Positions 26,963-41,436 of a DNA stretch of 64,000 bases are shown here, piece by piece (the first letter of the stretch is position 1; each line of letters opens with the position of its first letter). Source of the stretch: Octopus bimaculoides. Its lineage: Eukaryota. The notes beneath the pieces are model-generated. The model was not told the DNA's origin. It made no database searches and saw only the letters and a program-made list of their open reading frames with translations. The translations under genes and the position numbers were made by a program. The stretch is taken from positions 136,059,121 through 136,123,120 of the forward strand of contig NC_068984.1 of assembly GCF_001194135.2 (NCBI RefSeq). The letters are read 5' to 3'.

Positions 26963-28070
26963 TATCTAGAATGTGACAGATGTCATCACAAAACCAAAGA
27001 ATGCATGGTGGATAGTATTTGTGGCGTGAGAACATTTATATAAAGGATTTTCTCAATGATATAGCAACAATTACGAATGTGATTTTTGTTCACCTTAGAA
27101 TCGAAACTAAACCACCTGATCGGCTTTGATAGAAAACTACGTTCATAACAGCAGGGATAAAATATAATATAATTAAAATCAATCGTAACAGGGGTAATTT
27201 TGTTTTGTACCAACACATAAAAGATGTGTTTGGTGGAGGTTTTGGTAGAAGAGTGGGTAGGATCATCATGTTTTTTTTCTTATATAAGAGGAATAACCGA
27301 ACAAAAATAAGAAGGAAAAGAAAACAGAAAAAAAAGCAACAACAAAAAACATGCGAGAAAAGAAGATCAGACACATGGAAAGGAAGAAAGAGACAGAAAG
27401 AACGAATATAACTAAGGGGGAAGAAGACACAAAGAGAGCAAAAGGCAAAACGAAATGTAAGGAAAAGGATGAGAGATATGATGAAAACGAGCAGCGAGCA
27501 ATGGAGACAGGATTGAGGGAGGCTAAGGCGAACATAAAATGATGTGAAGAGGAATAAATTTGAAGATACAAGTTAAGAAAGTTCGGTATGTATGCTTTAT
27601 GGGCAAGTATATAAACATGTTGTTGGCATTGATTGATAGATAGGATATAACTGTTTAGTCAGAGACCAAGAGAATACCTGTCAAACTAAGCAATTCCCTG
27701 GAAAATACATGAAATCTTCTGTAGAAATTATGTATTAAAAAAGATTCATAAAATCACAACGGTAAAATAACGAGTTATTTTTAATAGTCTATTTAGTCTT
27801 ATGCATTCCTCTTTCAGTCCAGTTCTGTCAAGATCTTTCTCATGTTTACTCACAAATACTGCACAAACACACACAGAAACACACACAGAAACACACACAG
27901 ACACGCGCGCGCGCGTATGTGCGTGTAAATTAATATATATGTGTATGTACTTATGTATAGACATAATACACACTTGCATAGTTACGTATATATATATATG
28001 TGTGTATATAAAATATGGATGTATCAATATATATACGTATATGTGTATATACATGTGTATGTATATGTGT

Positions 28071-28130
<60 letters not shown>

Positions 28131-28321
28131 GGATATGTATGTGTGTGTTTATATATATACATATATATATATATACACATATATATATTTATACACATGT
28201 ACATATCATATGTGCTTGTGTATCTCTATATGTTCCCATATCTATGTGTAGAAAAAGCGAGAGAGAGAGAGAGACAGACACACAGACAGACAGACAGGCA
28301 GACAAACAGACAAGCAGACAA

Positions 28322-28362
<41 letters not shown>

Positions 28363-28542
28363 GAGGATGAATGATAAAGAAGGAAACATGATTATGATAG
28401 TAATCAACAAAAACAACTGGAATAAGAGAAAGAATCATGGCTGATACAAAATACGTGAAACCAAAACACCACACGCACGAACATACGCGCGCGCGCAAAA
28501 ACACATCCACACACAAATACGTATATATGCATGCTTGTTATG

Positions 28543-28589
<47 letters not shown>

Positions 28590-28827
28590 TCAGTACTTGT
28601 CTACGTTCTTGAATCTGTCTGCGTATCTTTTTTATATTGACGTGCACATTTATTTTTTCATCTCGTTCAACAACTTATTCCATTCACAAACTCTTTCTGC
28701 CTCCCCTGCCCGTTTCTGTCTCATTCTGCTTACACACACTTATATAACCATCCATACATATGTGAGTGTGTATGCATGTATATGTGTGTTTGTGTGTGCC
28801 TGTCTGTGTGTGTCGACACATGCAGAC

Positions 28828-29320
28828 AAAAGATCCGTCTGAATTCTTTGATATTGCAGTTCTAAATAAGGAGGCGCCATCCATCGATTACATCAACATT
28901 GAGGAAAAAGATGTAAAAGCGGCCATAGATGAAATGAGTTCATGCTCCGCCACTGGTCCTGATGGCTTCCCAGCCATTCCCCTAAAGTTATGTAAACAGG
29001 CTTTAGCGAATTCCACTTCTGATATTTTTCCGAAGTTCCTTGCAAGTGATATACTTCCAAAAATGTTGAACGAAGGCATTATATGCACTTTCCTCAAAGG
29101 TGGAAGCAGAGCAGAGGCCAAAAACTACAGACCAATCTCTCTGACTTCGCATATCATAAAATCATGGAGCGAAGCATCAAAAAGAAGTTCGTAGAAAAAA
29201 CCGATGGCTTCCGTCTAGGAAGGAGCTGGCTCACACAGCTCCTACAGCACTATGACTGGGTTTTGAAACAGTTGCTTCACCATTCAGATGCTAGTCAGTG
29301 ACATATACCTTGACTTCGCT
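28828..29320 (+). mobile_element. CR1/L2-group LINE reverse transcriptase fragment (frameshifted)
   Basis: Motifs SATGPDGFPA, KGGSRAEAKNYRPISLTSHIIK, GFRLGRSWLTQLLQHYD and DIYLDFA in the expected order. Confidence 0.9.
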
Positions 29321-29683
29321 CTGTGTTGAAACATAGTACCCTTCTCTCCCTCATATTGCACCCTACTCTGCAATATAGGCGCTAAAACATTTAGCATGTA
29401 AACCGAAACGTGAACACCAGTGTGCACGCATCTGTATACGAAATAGTGAATGCATTAAGAATTTAATCATAAAGTAATCTTACACATCGCTTTGGCTAAG
29501 AAGCCTTATAGATTGTTTCATTCAGCAAGACTTGGGTTTCAGCAATACCTAATGCCTATACATCATAATAAAGAAACATTTATGCAGTCATTAATTAGAC
29601 TTGCTAGAAAAGGCATTTAATCTAACCGTACCCTTCTGTAAGATATCATATATTGAATAATGTATTCATAGTTCTTCCCAATC

Positions 29684-29820
29684 TTCATACAAGATCAGTG
29701 ACTTTGAACGGGAGAGAAAGTCGATTATATCGACTGCTGTGCTTAGCTGGTACATATTTTATCGAGCTGGAAAAGATGAAAGCCGAAGTTGAACTCGGAG
29801 GCATTAGAACTCATAACGTG
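29684..29820 (-). mobile_element. SINE family A, old fragment
   Basis: AAGTCGATTATATCGAC...CTGGTACATATTTTATCGA...GATGAAAG...GAACTC. Confidence 0.7.
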
Positions 29821-30269
29821 TTCATAATGAGAGTAATCGTGAAGAGGTCTAGAGTAGTGTAAAACAATAGTAATAGCGTCTAAATCGATGACCATGAACA
29901 GAGTGAATCTAGATGGAATCTAATTCCCTCTAGAAAAGAAAACAGTCATATGGCTGACTGCAAAAAAAAAAAAAAATCCTTTAATTACACGCTACTGTCA
30001 CAGTTAGACCGTCGTTCAATATAAACTCTCTGATTATTGATAAATTATTGATTACTGTTCCAATGTGCTAGCAAATTATGCTCTACTCAATAATTTCCCT
30101 GTCAACATATCGTCAGAAAATGGATAGGAAAATCTCGTTCTCTTCGTTAAGCAGGACATAATGGGAAGAGAAAATTCGAAGAAAATTATATCGAGCATGA
30201 ACAGCTTAAAAGAAATGTTTATAAAGGCCTTGATGTAAATTTGGCTGAGTATTTTGGCGCACTGTCAAA

Positions 30270-30410
30270 TTATACGCCATGTTTATTTGCAAGGACTGTG
30301 GAGGAGATTATGTCAAGCGGTAGACTGAAATATCGTATGAAAGTTCACCAAAACAATGTTTGCATGCCTATTGCAAGAATTACTCATCGCTGACAAATGT
30401 GGAAAACATC
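30270..30410 (+). mobile_element. Degenerate Penelope-like GIY-YIG endonuclease remnant
   Basis: LYAMFICKDCGGDYV then, after a frameshift, RLKYRMKVHQNNV. Resembles IY.I.C..CG..YIG.T...L..RM..H. Confidence 0.45.
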
Positions 30411-30883
30411 ACGAACGGAGATGAAAACTGGAGGTCTAGGACTAGTCCTCAGGCTTGCAACATATTAAACAACTCAGAAGTCACATGTGAAGCTGGTGAA
30501 TTTTTTAAACGGAGTGAATATTGTTTTCTATTTAATACTAGGGCATGTCTTCTACTTGCAGATATCAAAGCTAAGCTCCAAGTGTATCTTCTTCATTCAT
30601 TTCGAGAGCATATATGAACCTCAACTCCGTGGACTTCAAGTCCTGAAAGAGATGAGGAAAAGGTGATGAAGAGAAGCAGGGTGTATTATATTTCAGAATG
30701 TATAAAGGCGTGGACGAGACAAGGAAATGCTGGATAACTGGTCGTGTAGTGCCAAACTAATACTATACAAAAAAAAAACGTTGTTTGTGTAAGACATATA
30801 GTCGGTCAGGCTATGTAACGGTTAAGCGTGAGAAATAGTCAAAATGCGAAATAGAAGAAATACAGACAAAATAATATTTTCTG

Positions 30884-31028
30884 TTGCATGCCAAAAGCCT
30901 GAAGTTTTGGAGAGGTATCTATTCGACTATATCGACCTTAAGATTTAACTGAATGAATGAAAAGTGAATACGAGCTCAGAACATAGAGACAGACGAAATT
31001 CAGCTAACGATTCTGCAAGATTACCACT
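30884..31028 (-). mobile_element. SINE family A, internally deleted old copy
   Basis: AAGCCTGAAGTTTTGGAG...TCGACTATATCGACC...GAGCTCAGAAC...AGACGAAAT...CTAACGATTCTGC. Confidence 0.6.
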
Positions 31029-32359
31029 TTATTCAGAGAATATAAACGAACATTATAGCGAAAATATCAAGTTTAAAGGCGGATTGTGGTTCGGTGAAAT
31101 AACAGAGCCATAGCATTATTATGAACATTGTAAAGGCTGCCAAAAGAACGTGCTTCACTGAGATAAAAGTATCTAACTGGAATATAATTTTCTCTCATTA
31201 TATCTGTATGTATGCCTTATGATCCAATGTATAAAATGACAATTCAAACCGAACGTGATCTTTATAATGTTCAATGTGTCGAAGTATACAAGGAAAAGTA
31301 ATGCTGACATTTTGGTTATCATAGTTTACATTGAGATTTCTGTATTAAGACGATAGCACGTTTCAAATATATTCAACACGTATCACATCTAATATTTAGC
31401 CCCAGGTCAAATCAGATTAGACATGAATGAAATTTGTTGCAGCTGTAGCTATGCCGTCTTTTCTTTAGAGACATTTTTGTACTATATTCATTATTGTCCC
31501 AGTTCTGTATCTTTAAGTAAGGCACGCTATTACACATAGCTCCAGTTTGCTGAGATGAAATGAGCACTATTTCAGGAAGAGCGCAGCACACTTTCCTCCG
31601 GCTATCACACACACGTATTTTCGATGAGTCAAAGTTAAGAGAATGAAAGGACTTTATATTTGCTTGCGACTGCACGGGTAATTCAAATAATCAATGGAAG
31701 CATATAGTACATGATACCGAGTCATATAAGTTTGTTAATGACGCATTCGAATTTGGACTGTTTCTGAAGGCTCAGAATTAAGAAAACGAAAGGTCAGAGG
31801 CTGAAGAAATATTTCCGTTTGAGCAATTAAATTAAAATGGTGAGGAACTCCTCAGGAAGATTTCATAAGTTCTTGGACAGTATGAAAGATTTCAGAAGAC
31901 AGAATTTAGTAAAGATCAGAGCGTTTCCAAGTAAGAAATTATGGACATGAGTTAGCTTGTCAGAAATAATTCTTAGATCTTCTATTAATGTAATAAAACA
32001 TTTTTCATTGGGGATTTCTGTATCACAAGATCGGACATTCGTATAATATATATCAGAGCTAAAATGTAATATTAACCAGCAGTGACCTCTTCGCTTCAGT
32101 TTTTATTTTTATCCACAATTTTTGCCGGATACCCTTTGGTCTATTTTCAATGATAGCTGTTCTATACCTTTCTGATTTTCTTCTCTTAAGCCAAGCAAAT
32201 TTCTTAAATCTTTCTGATTTTTATCTTTATTTTTTTCCAAAATGTTTCTCACCATATCTTTATTTTTCGTTTTATTGTAATTCTTGTCATATATATATTT
32301 TATCTTATTGATTTATTTTCCGATAAATTTCTTCCTTTATATATTTATATATATGTGTG

Positions 32360-32399
<40 letters not shown>

Positions 32400-35052
32400 T
32401 GTGTGTACGTGTGTGTGTGTGTGTGTGTGTGCATAATATACATATATGCATGTGTAAACGCATGGGCATATCTAGTTATACACACACGCATGTATATACA
32501 TACATGTACATATATGTATANNNNNNNNNNNNNNNNNNNNNNNNNNNNNNNNNNNNNNNNNNNNNNNNNNNNNNNNNNNNNNNNNNNNNNNNNNNNNNNN
32601 NNNNNNNNNNNNNNNNNNNNNNNNNNNNNNNNNNNNNNNNNNNNNNNNNNNNNNNNNNNNNNNNNNNNNNNNNNNNNNNNNNNNNNNNNNNNNNNNNNNN
32701 NNNNNNNNNNNNNNNNNNNNNNNNNNNNNNNNNNNNNNNNNNNNNNNNNNNNNNNNNNNNNNNNNNNNNNNNNNNNNNNNNNNNNNNNNNNNNNNNNNNN
32801 NNNNNNNNNNNNNNNNNNNNNNNNNNNNNNNNNNNNNNNNNNNNNNNNNNNNNNNNNNNNNNNNNNNNNNNNNNNNNNNNNNNNNNNNNNNNNNNNNNNN
32901 NNNNNNNNNNNNNNNNNNNNNNNNNNNNNNNNNNNNNNNNNNNNNNNNNNNNNNNNNNNNNNNNNNNNNNNNNNNNNNNNNNNNNNNNNNNNNNNNNNNN
33001 NNNNNNNNNNNNNNNNNNNNNNNNNNNNNNNNNNNNNNNNNNNNNNNNNNNNNNNNNNNNNNNNNNNNNNNNNNNNNNNNNNNNNNNNNNNNNNNNNNNN
33101 NNNNNNNNNNNNNNNNNNNNNNNNNNNNNNNNNNNNNNNNNNNNNNNNNNNNNNNNNNNNNNNNNNNNNNNNNNNNNNNNNNNNNNNNNNNNNNNNNNNN
33201 NNNNNNNNNNNNNNNNNNNNNNNNNNNNNNNNNNNNNNNNNNNNNNNNNNNNNNNNNNNNNNNNNNNNNNNNNNNNNNNNNNNNNNNNNNNNNNNNNNNN
33301 NNNNNNNNNNNNNNNNNNNNNNNNNNNNNNNNNNNNNNNNNNNNNNNNNNNNNNNNNNNNNNNNNNNNNNNNNNNNNNNNNNNNNNNNNNNNNNNNNNNN
33401 NNNNNNNNNNNNNNNNNNNNNNNNNNNNNNNNNNNNNNNNNNNNNNNNNNNNNNNNNNNNNNNNNNNNNNNNTATATACATATATATAAGCATACATATA
33501 TATATATATATATGTATACGAGCATATATACATATACACATATACACACATATATATATAAAACTTTGGATGGCGATGTTGGTATTGGTGCTCTATTTTT
33601 TCTCCATACGTATGGTTCTCCTGTTTTGATTTCTTTGAAGGTCGTCTAAGAGGTTACATGTGCATGTCTGTCGCATTGAATTTGATGTCATTATTTATTT
33701 ATTATTTTTTACTTCACTTATTCATATTTGTTCTTTTCATTTTCTTTTCATGTTATTGTGCTCATCCATTTTTGCTTAACAATTTACTTGTATTTAATGT
33801 TATCTTTCGCTTATTATTTCTATTTTGTTTTTATGTGACGAGATTTTATTTTCTGCCATTTACTTTTGAATCTGTATATTATGCAATACACTTTACTCTC
33901 ACATATATTTTTATACGCTTTTTTTTTCAGTATATGAATCTTTTATCGTACGAACATTGACACGTACGAACATTGACACGTCCGAAATTCTATTGATTGC
34001 ATTTATGCTCCTGCAGCAGTATCTAATTCAGTGGATGTCACTATTTGCATCTCTGTACTACTTTTACCATTTCACAAATTCTTACATGATATATTTTCCA
34101 TTAAAAAAAACCGTTGATTATTTCAATCAATTTTTACTTAGTGTGATATTGTCCGCATTTTCTAAGAATATACCGTATAGCATGTATATTTCTTCAGACA
34201 TGCGCGTGGATTATTCTTTTCTGTAATACATTTTTATTGGAATGGATAAAGAAGTTAAAAGCTGATATATCGAGATTCTTTGGCTTACGTTCACCTACTT
34301 TAATTACCAAATTTTATAAAACCTAGCAAAAGGGTGTTTGAGGATGTCACCTTATTTATATGTCTTCCCAAACATATTGAACGGATCACTTGTCACTTTT
34401 CTGTTTATTGATAACTAATTATCCCACATATTTTGTTATACCGATTAAAACGTTTTTTTTATAATGTATATAAAATATATCTATTATAAGCGTTTTAAAT
34501 ATTTTATTTCTAAGAATTTTCTTCATATTATAGCCACGCACTGGACATATGACACTACTATGACACTGATAATATATCTTACAGAGAGTTAATCTCAAGT
34601 TAACAACGCCTCTATTGTCCTCTGCACTTGTGGTGACGTCCTTCATTCAGGTCTAGATTAAGGAATATAATCTTTGTCATTCTACATCCATCGCAACACA
34701 GCAGTGATAAATACTCTGTAGAAGAAGCCATATGTATGATTACTTTCAGCCTCCTTCCCACTTAGGCATCCACCGAATATCTAGCACCGTTCCATATATT
34801 TCTTATTTCATTTTGTATGCGTGCTGTATGGATCTTTAGGTCATTCTTCAACATGTAGTGAGGTAGAATGTTCAAACTTCTTGTCTTTCTGTTAATGAGT
34901 CTGCAATTTAGGGTCTTTATCCTTATGGTTCCGATTTCTGTAACTGGTTCCATGCCCTGGCTGGGCCACACTACACGTTATTTGAGATTGTGCTGACCTT
35001 TGATTCGTCACAAAACAAACGTTACACCCATATTTCTTTGGCAGAAGCAAAT

Positions 35053-35220
35053 GACTTGCCAGCAGTTTGAGAGGGGATTGGTTGATACTATCTACCACAG
35101 TACGTGACTGGTACTTTATTTATCGATAACAAAATGAGGAAAGGGGACAGTTGACCGTACGGGAAGAATTGGAACAAACACCACACAGCACATTTGCAAC
35201 GCGCTAATGATTCTTCCAGA
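35053..35220 (-). mobile_element. SINE family A, very old copy
   Basis: GTGACTGGTACTTTATTTATCGA...GCTAATGATTCTTCCAG. Confidence 0.5.
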
Positions 35221-35654
35221 TTTGAGACAAGTCTTATTAGGAAGGTAAGTGCGAGTTGATCAATGGATTTAAATCAGCAGGCGATTATCTTAATCTATTA
35301 ATGTATATCTAAATGAAATAAAGTAACTATCGGAATATAAACACCTTCAAATTGTGATATCCAGTAAGAAAGGACTGAAAATAAACAATTCCAATGATAA
35401 AATGTTCCTTGAAGATCATCAAAAAAGATACGGTGACATATATAACAAGGATCTCATGATTTATACATATACACAATTTAGAGAAAATACTACCGCTGGT
35501 AAATGCACACATATTAAATATGCGCGAAATAACACGTTAATGTATTGTAATGCAACGGAAATCACGAAAAGTAAGAAAACAGTGTGGTGTGTAGCCAAGC
35601 AAAACAAAGCTACGCTCTGCCGGACATTGAAATGATACAATAAAAATAAGGTCC

Positions 35655-35715
35655 CTGAAACAACAACAATTACCACAACAAATACCACAACAAAAACAAA
35701 GACAATATTTATAAC

Positions 35716-35771
<56 letters not shown>

Positions 35772-35785
35772 TAATGATGATGATC

Positions 35786-35857
<72 letters not shown>

Positions 35858-35895
35858 GTGATGATAATAATGATAATAAAACTAATAATAATATT
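35655..35895. repeat. (AAC)-led (AAT)n microsatellite
   Basis: Directly visible. Confidence 0.95.
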
Positions 35896-36169
35896 TACTA
35901 GTGCATATAGAGTAAATGAGACAGAATGGAAGGAAGTAAGACGATCGTAAGCACACGCCTATACACCGGCGTATACATATACACTTATGTTTGTGTGCAC
36001 GTGCGTGTATGTCTGTCTTTAATTGTGCGTGTGGGGCGTGTACGTGTATTTTAGGTGAGACTGTTCAGAGAATAGATAACAAAGTATGTGGAATATTGCG
36101 TCGGCGTTCTCACATGGACAGAGGAAAGCAGATTTGGTTGATACACACAAATATAGATAAACAAATAGA

Positions 36170-36235
36170 CAGGGCGAGAAAGAGAAGGGGAGAGGTGAAA
36201 GAGAGAGAGAGAGAAAGCGAGAGAGAAAGAAAGAA

Positions 36236-36280
<45 letters not shown>

Positions 36281-36350
36281 GACAGAGACAGAGACAGAGA
36301 CAGAGACAGAGACAGAGAGAGACAGATAGAGAGAGAAAGAGAGAAGGGAG
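36170..36350. repeat. (AG)n/(AGAC)n/(AGAGAC)n purine-rich compound microsatellite
   Basis: Directly visible. Confidence 0.9.
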
Positions 36351-37322
36351 AAAAGGCGAATTGACCATCTTTATTGAAAAAAAAATTATGGAACTGTGAA
36401 ATGTTGCAACGCCATGTTGGAAAATGGCGAATCAAAATTCGCAAAACATCGAATTAAGATATTAAAATTGCAACTTCAAATCTATTTATTTAATTTTGTA
36501 TACGCTTGGAATGACTAATTTGCATTGACTTTCTAATTGCTAATTTTCTTTGAATTAATCACTGAAGACAACTGTCAAATTAATTAATTAATACATATTC
36601 TTCTCCAAATATAATGACGGCGTTAATACTATTCTGAAATGAGTGTATATAAACAGGATGATTTACCTGTTAATCTTGACAAAACACGTTTCATTCTCAA
36701 CATGGAATATATCGACAACCAAGGCAAATGCTAACCACATCCTACATAATAGTTTCAGCTATTTTCTTGATATTTTTTCACGTCAACGTAGTAGGTTTAG
36801 GCGTTTCTCTTGCTTCGCTAATCTGATTATGTAATATACACTGACATATCTACGAACACTGACGCAGATATGCTACTGGTTGCAACGAACAGAAATACTA
36901 CAAAAGAAACATGTTGTGGAGATAAGTGCTTGCCTGTCTCACTGACTAGCTCTCATGTCTCTCACGTTCTCTCACTTTCACCGCTTCTTTATTTCCCCTC
37001 TTTCTACTAATACACACATACATACGCATACGATATATACATATATATATAATATATATATATANNNNNNNNNNNNNNNNNNNNNNNNNNNNNNNNNNNN
37101 NNNNNNNNNNNNNNNNNNNNNNNNNNNNNNNNNNNNNNNNNNNNNNNNNNNNNNNNNNNNNNNNNNNNNNNNNNNNNNNNNNNNNNNNNNNNNNNNNNNN
37201 NNNNNNNNNNNNNNNNNNNNNNNNNNNNNNNNNNNNNNNNNNNNNNNNNNNNNNNNNNNNNNNNNNNNNNNNNNNNNNNNNNNNNNNNNNNNNNNNNNNN
37301 NNNNNNNNNNNNNNNNNNNNNN

Positions 37323-37387
<65 letters not shown>

Positions 37388-37470
37388 CGTATATATACAA
37401 ACATATATATATATACGGATATATATGGATATATACGTATATATATATATATGGATACATATGTATATAT

Positions 37471-37509
<39 letters not shown>

Positions 37510-38210
37510 AATATACACATACATATAGTACATATATAGTTGCTGCCTTATGGGTGCACATATGGATATTACACACTTTATATGTATATATGTACACACC
37601 CAAACACACACATTTGTGTAGATAGGTGCTCCTGTCAATGTGTATGTTTATATTTGTGAATGTGTCACTATTCAAGTATGTATATATGAATATATTTATG
37701 TTTATAGATACATATGTATTAGAGAAAAAACAACGAAATATAGATTCATAGATATATTTCTAATTAACTTTATCTCATATTGCTTTTCCTATACCACATT
37801 GGAGGTCTTTTATTTATATATTTAGGTATTTATTTATTTTCTATTGTCTTTTGTTATTCTCTTCCCATTTCGTTACTATGGGTGAGATTCAAAACAAGTA
37901 AACCAACCAGATACTCAACTTGTGAAGATTACTTTTACAAGTCAGATATATAGAAAACGAAATAAAAAGGAAGCAGAATAAAAAAAATAAAAAAACAGAT
38001 CCAATAACTATAAAAGAAAGGAGAAATAATAAAAATAGTAATAATAATATTAAAACAATAGCATTATAACGCCGTTACATTCTAGTTATATCTTCACTTG
38101 CGCTCTGTCTAGGAATGATGACACGCCAACAGATGAAATGATTTGAAATATATACTCATAATAATCATTTCTAACACTGGTGCTGTGCCTAATATAATAT
38201 ATACGATCAT

Positions 38211-38285
<75 letters not shown>

Positions 38286-38635
38286 CTCGTCTTAACTGAT
38301 TGGAAGTGTTATCATGTACCTTGTTTTGTCTTGGTATAAAAGATGGGCGACAGCGAATATTCTTCTCAATACCACAGATTTGCTTGTCAGTTGTTTGACC
38401 TTAACCAGTTGAGCATGTCCGTTAGTGGCTGACGATATGTGCACCTTTGATCACGAGCAGAACTGGTCGACCCCACCTGCAAGGTGTCTCACAAATAACG
38501 CACCATGTCGCGCACATAACGGTTGCGATACATGCGGTTGGTGTACCTTTTCAGACGGGTTGTCATGATGGGTATACTGGGCTTCATATATTTGTACTCC
38601 AGTATCATTTTGATGGCATATGCTGCCCTTCACTT
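38286..38635 (+). mobile_element. Family D non-autonomous repeat between two (AAT)n arrays
   Basis: First ~175 bp homologous to 38981-39130. (AAT)n at 38213-38285 and 38636-38760. No coding motif or Pol III boxes seen. Orientation inferred from the (AAT)n tail. Confidence 0.7.
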
Positions 38636-38645
38636 AATAATGATG

Positions 38646-38730
<85 letters not shown>

Positions 38731-38937
38731 TATTAATAATAATGATATTAATAATAACAACAATCTACGAGACTCAAAAAATTGTATTTACATCAACCAC
38801 CCATATTCCTACGACATTTTCTCCTTAGGTCAGAAGAAGAAATAATTCTTAGGACATTTTCTCATCTGGTCACAAGATGACATAAAATGCAATTCAATCG
38901 GAAAATGATATCAACAACAACAACAACAACAACAACA

Positions 38938-39218
38938 AATGCCCTGATGCAGTACAAGGCACTGTTTCTTATGGCTTCTGATCTTAACTGATTGGAAGTG
39001 TTTTCATGGACAGGTTTTGTCTTGGTGTAAAATGTGCTCAGTACGATAGATTCGCTTTTCAGTTGTTTGACCATAACCAGTTGAACATGTTCCTTGGTGG
39101 TTCACAATATATGCATCACTGATCTCAATCAGAAGTTGTGGGGCGCACCATAGCTATGTGTTGAGAGGAAGTCTTTGGGGCTTGAATAATTCAGCTCTGG
39201 AAACATAAGTGTTTCGTC
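38938..39218 (+). mobile_element. Family D repeat, 5' part
   Basis: TCTTAACTGATTGGAAGTG...TCAGTTGTTTGACC.TAACCAGTTGA.CATG shared with 38290-38425. Preceded by (CAA)n. Confidence 0.7.
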
Positions 39219-40424
39219 TATCATGCCTGCCAGATTTCCCATATCTCGTGATTTTATTCTACAGGAACTCATCAGTGGGAACTGTACGATCACTGCATGC
39301 CAGCCAAATCTCGCTGCTACGATATTTAAAATATCAGCATTTTTTTCGGACAATCATGAGGTAAATAGCCAGCAGGCTTAATAAAAATTAATTAACGACA
39401 GAAGCTATTGTAATACCAAAAGGTTGTGTTTGTCTCCATTTTAACATGAATGTCTTGTTAGAAAACCGAATTGTATGTGATTATCCTTGAGAGATTCTCT
39501 CCTATAATACCAATATCACATGATTTCATTCTACTAGAAATCATCAAATGCCTATATGAGACGATCTCTCATACCTATTATCGCAGTATTCCGTGGTCTA
39601 ACAAAACATGCATGTTACGTTGGTTATAAAAATTTCCTTTTGGTATTAAACTATTTCAGTCACCAATCATTAAGCTAAGTATTTAAATATAAAATATCTT
39701 TCTAAACGATGGCAAAGAAAGGATCCTAGAGAATTACTTCAGTCCAACAAAACATCCATAATAAGTCGTAGGCAAATCTGTGTCAGACTCAGATTAGATT
39801 CTACTTCGCGTCATTTCATCACTGGATTTCGTTTTTACAGCCAACACGTTAACACTTCACTTTCAATAAACGAGGTAGAAATTTCATACTCTTCTAACGA
39901 ACGTTATTTTCAATAGACACACATAATACAAATAGATATTACTTAATACAGGAAACTGCATAGTTAATTACACTTGCCTTTGTATAACCCGGACTTCATA
40001 AGGCAATCTAGTTTGATTCATCTGGAATTTTCTTTCTTCTGTTGATGCATTCACTTTGACTATTACATTCATTAAATCTAGACAAAGAACGCTTCATTAT
40101 TGTTCATTCTATATTTATTTACGTGACTATTTCTTTATAAGGTAGCACTATATTCTCTATAATCTTTAAACCTATTATGACACAGCAATGACAAACACAA
40201 TTAATTACATGTTCACGCATTATGTAATCACAGACTTTCTTTTACTCTCTATAAATACAATCCACAAAGGACTATTTCATGATAAAACAAAAGCTAGAAT
40301 GCATGTGAAGTTTCACTTTGCCTTTTCAGAATCATCCTATTTCCTCTCTCCAGATATCGTATAATTGGTTTATCCAAGAACTGAAGTTCTAAGACAAATG
40401 TCGTGTCTATAATTCGTTAAAATC

Positions 40425-40661
40425 AAGGCGGTGAGCTGGCAGAAACGTTAGCACACCGGGCGAAATGCTTAGCGGTCTTTCGTCTGCCGCTATGTTCTGA
40501 GTTCAAACCCGCCGAGGTCGACTTTGGCTTTCATCCTTTCTGGGTCGATTAAATAAGTACCATTTACGCACTGGGGTCGATATAATCCACTTAACCCGTT
40601 TGTCTTCTTTGTTTTTTCCCTCTGTGTGTAGACCCTTGTGGGCCATAAAGAAACAGGAAAC
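40425..40661 (+). mobile_element. SINE family A, full length, tail type 1, followed by a second head fragment (40662-40697)
   Basis: AAGGCGGTGAGCTGGCAGAAACGTTAGCAC...GAGTTCAAACCCGCCGAGGTCGACTTTGG...CCTTGTGGGCCATAAAGAAAC. Confidence 0.9.
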
Positions 40662-41200
40662 ACGAGCTCGCCGGGCGAAATGCTTAGCGATATTTCGNNN
40701 NNNNNNNNNNNNNNNNNNNNNNNNNNNNNNNNNNNNNNNNNNNNNNNNNNNNNNNNNNNNNNNNNNNNNNNNNNNNNNNNNNNNNNNNNNNNNNNNNNNN
40801 NNNNNNNNNNNNNNNNNNNNNNNNNNNNNNNNNNNNNNNNNNNNNNNNNNNNNNNNNNNNNNNNNNNNNNNNNNNNNNNNNNNNNNNNNNNNNNNNNNNN
40901 NNNNNNNNNNNNNNNNNNNNNNNNNNNNNNNNNNNNNNNNNNNNNNNNNNNNNNNNNNNNNNNNNNNNNNNNNNNNNNNNNNNNNNNNNNNNNNNNNNNN
41001 NNNNNNNNNNNNNNNNNNNNNNNNNNNNNNNNNNNNNNNNNNNNNNNNNNNNNNNNNNNNNNNNNNNNNNNNNNNNNNNNNNNNNNNNNNNNNNNNNNNN
41101 NNNNNNNNNNNNNNNNNNNNNNNNNNNNNNNNNNNNNNNNNNNNNNNNNNNNNNNNNNNNNNNNNNNNNNNNNNNNNNNNNNNNNNNNNNNNNNNNNNNN

Positions 41201-41250
<50 letters not shown>

Positions 41251-41332
41251 CATAATTGTCTAATGTCACAGACTTGAATTGAGCACTTCAATATGGTGTG
41301 TATCTTTCGTAAGAAAAATGTAACTATATATA

Positions 41333-41436
41333 TGTGGCTGTGTGTTAAGAAGCTTGCTTACCAACCACATGGTTCCGGGAACCTGGAACCTGGAACCATG
41401 TAGTAAGGAAACAAACTTTCTACCACACACACCGCC
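41333..41436. mobile_element. Two SINE B heads fused in inverted orientation
   Basis: Forward GTGGCTGTGTGTTAAGAAGCTTGCTTACCAACCACATGGTTCCGG, then reverse GGAACCATGTAGT...CTACCACACACACCGCC. Confidence 0.75.

Noticed and set aside
27090-27571. K/R/E-rich and F/L/S-rich overlapping ORFs
   Set aside because: Purine-rich low-complexity tract, open on both strands for compositional reasons.
27900-28500. 16-bp inverted GCGCGCGCGCGTATGT pair about 570 bp apart
   Set aside because: Low-complexity CG/TG sequence with no wider homology; likely chance.
31400-31960. Possible transposase or exon remnant
   Set aside because: Multiple stops in the frames I read and no recognisable DDE or domain motif.
38938-39000. 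HDV-like ribozyme at the 5' end of family D
   Set aside because: The spacing between the putative P1 strands is too short for P2/P3/L3.
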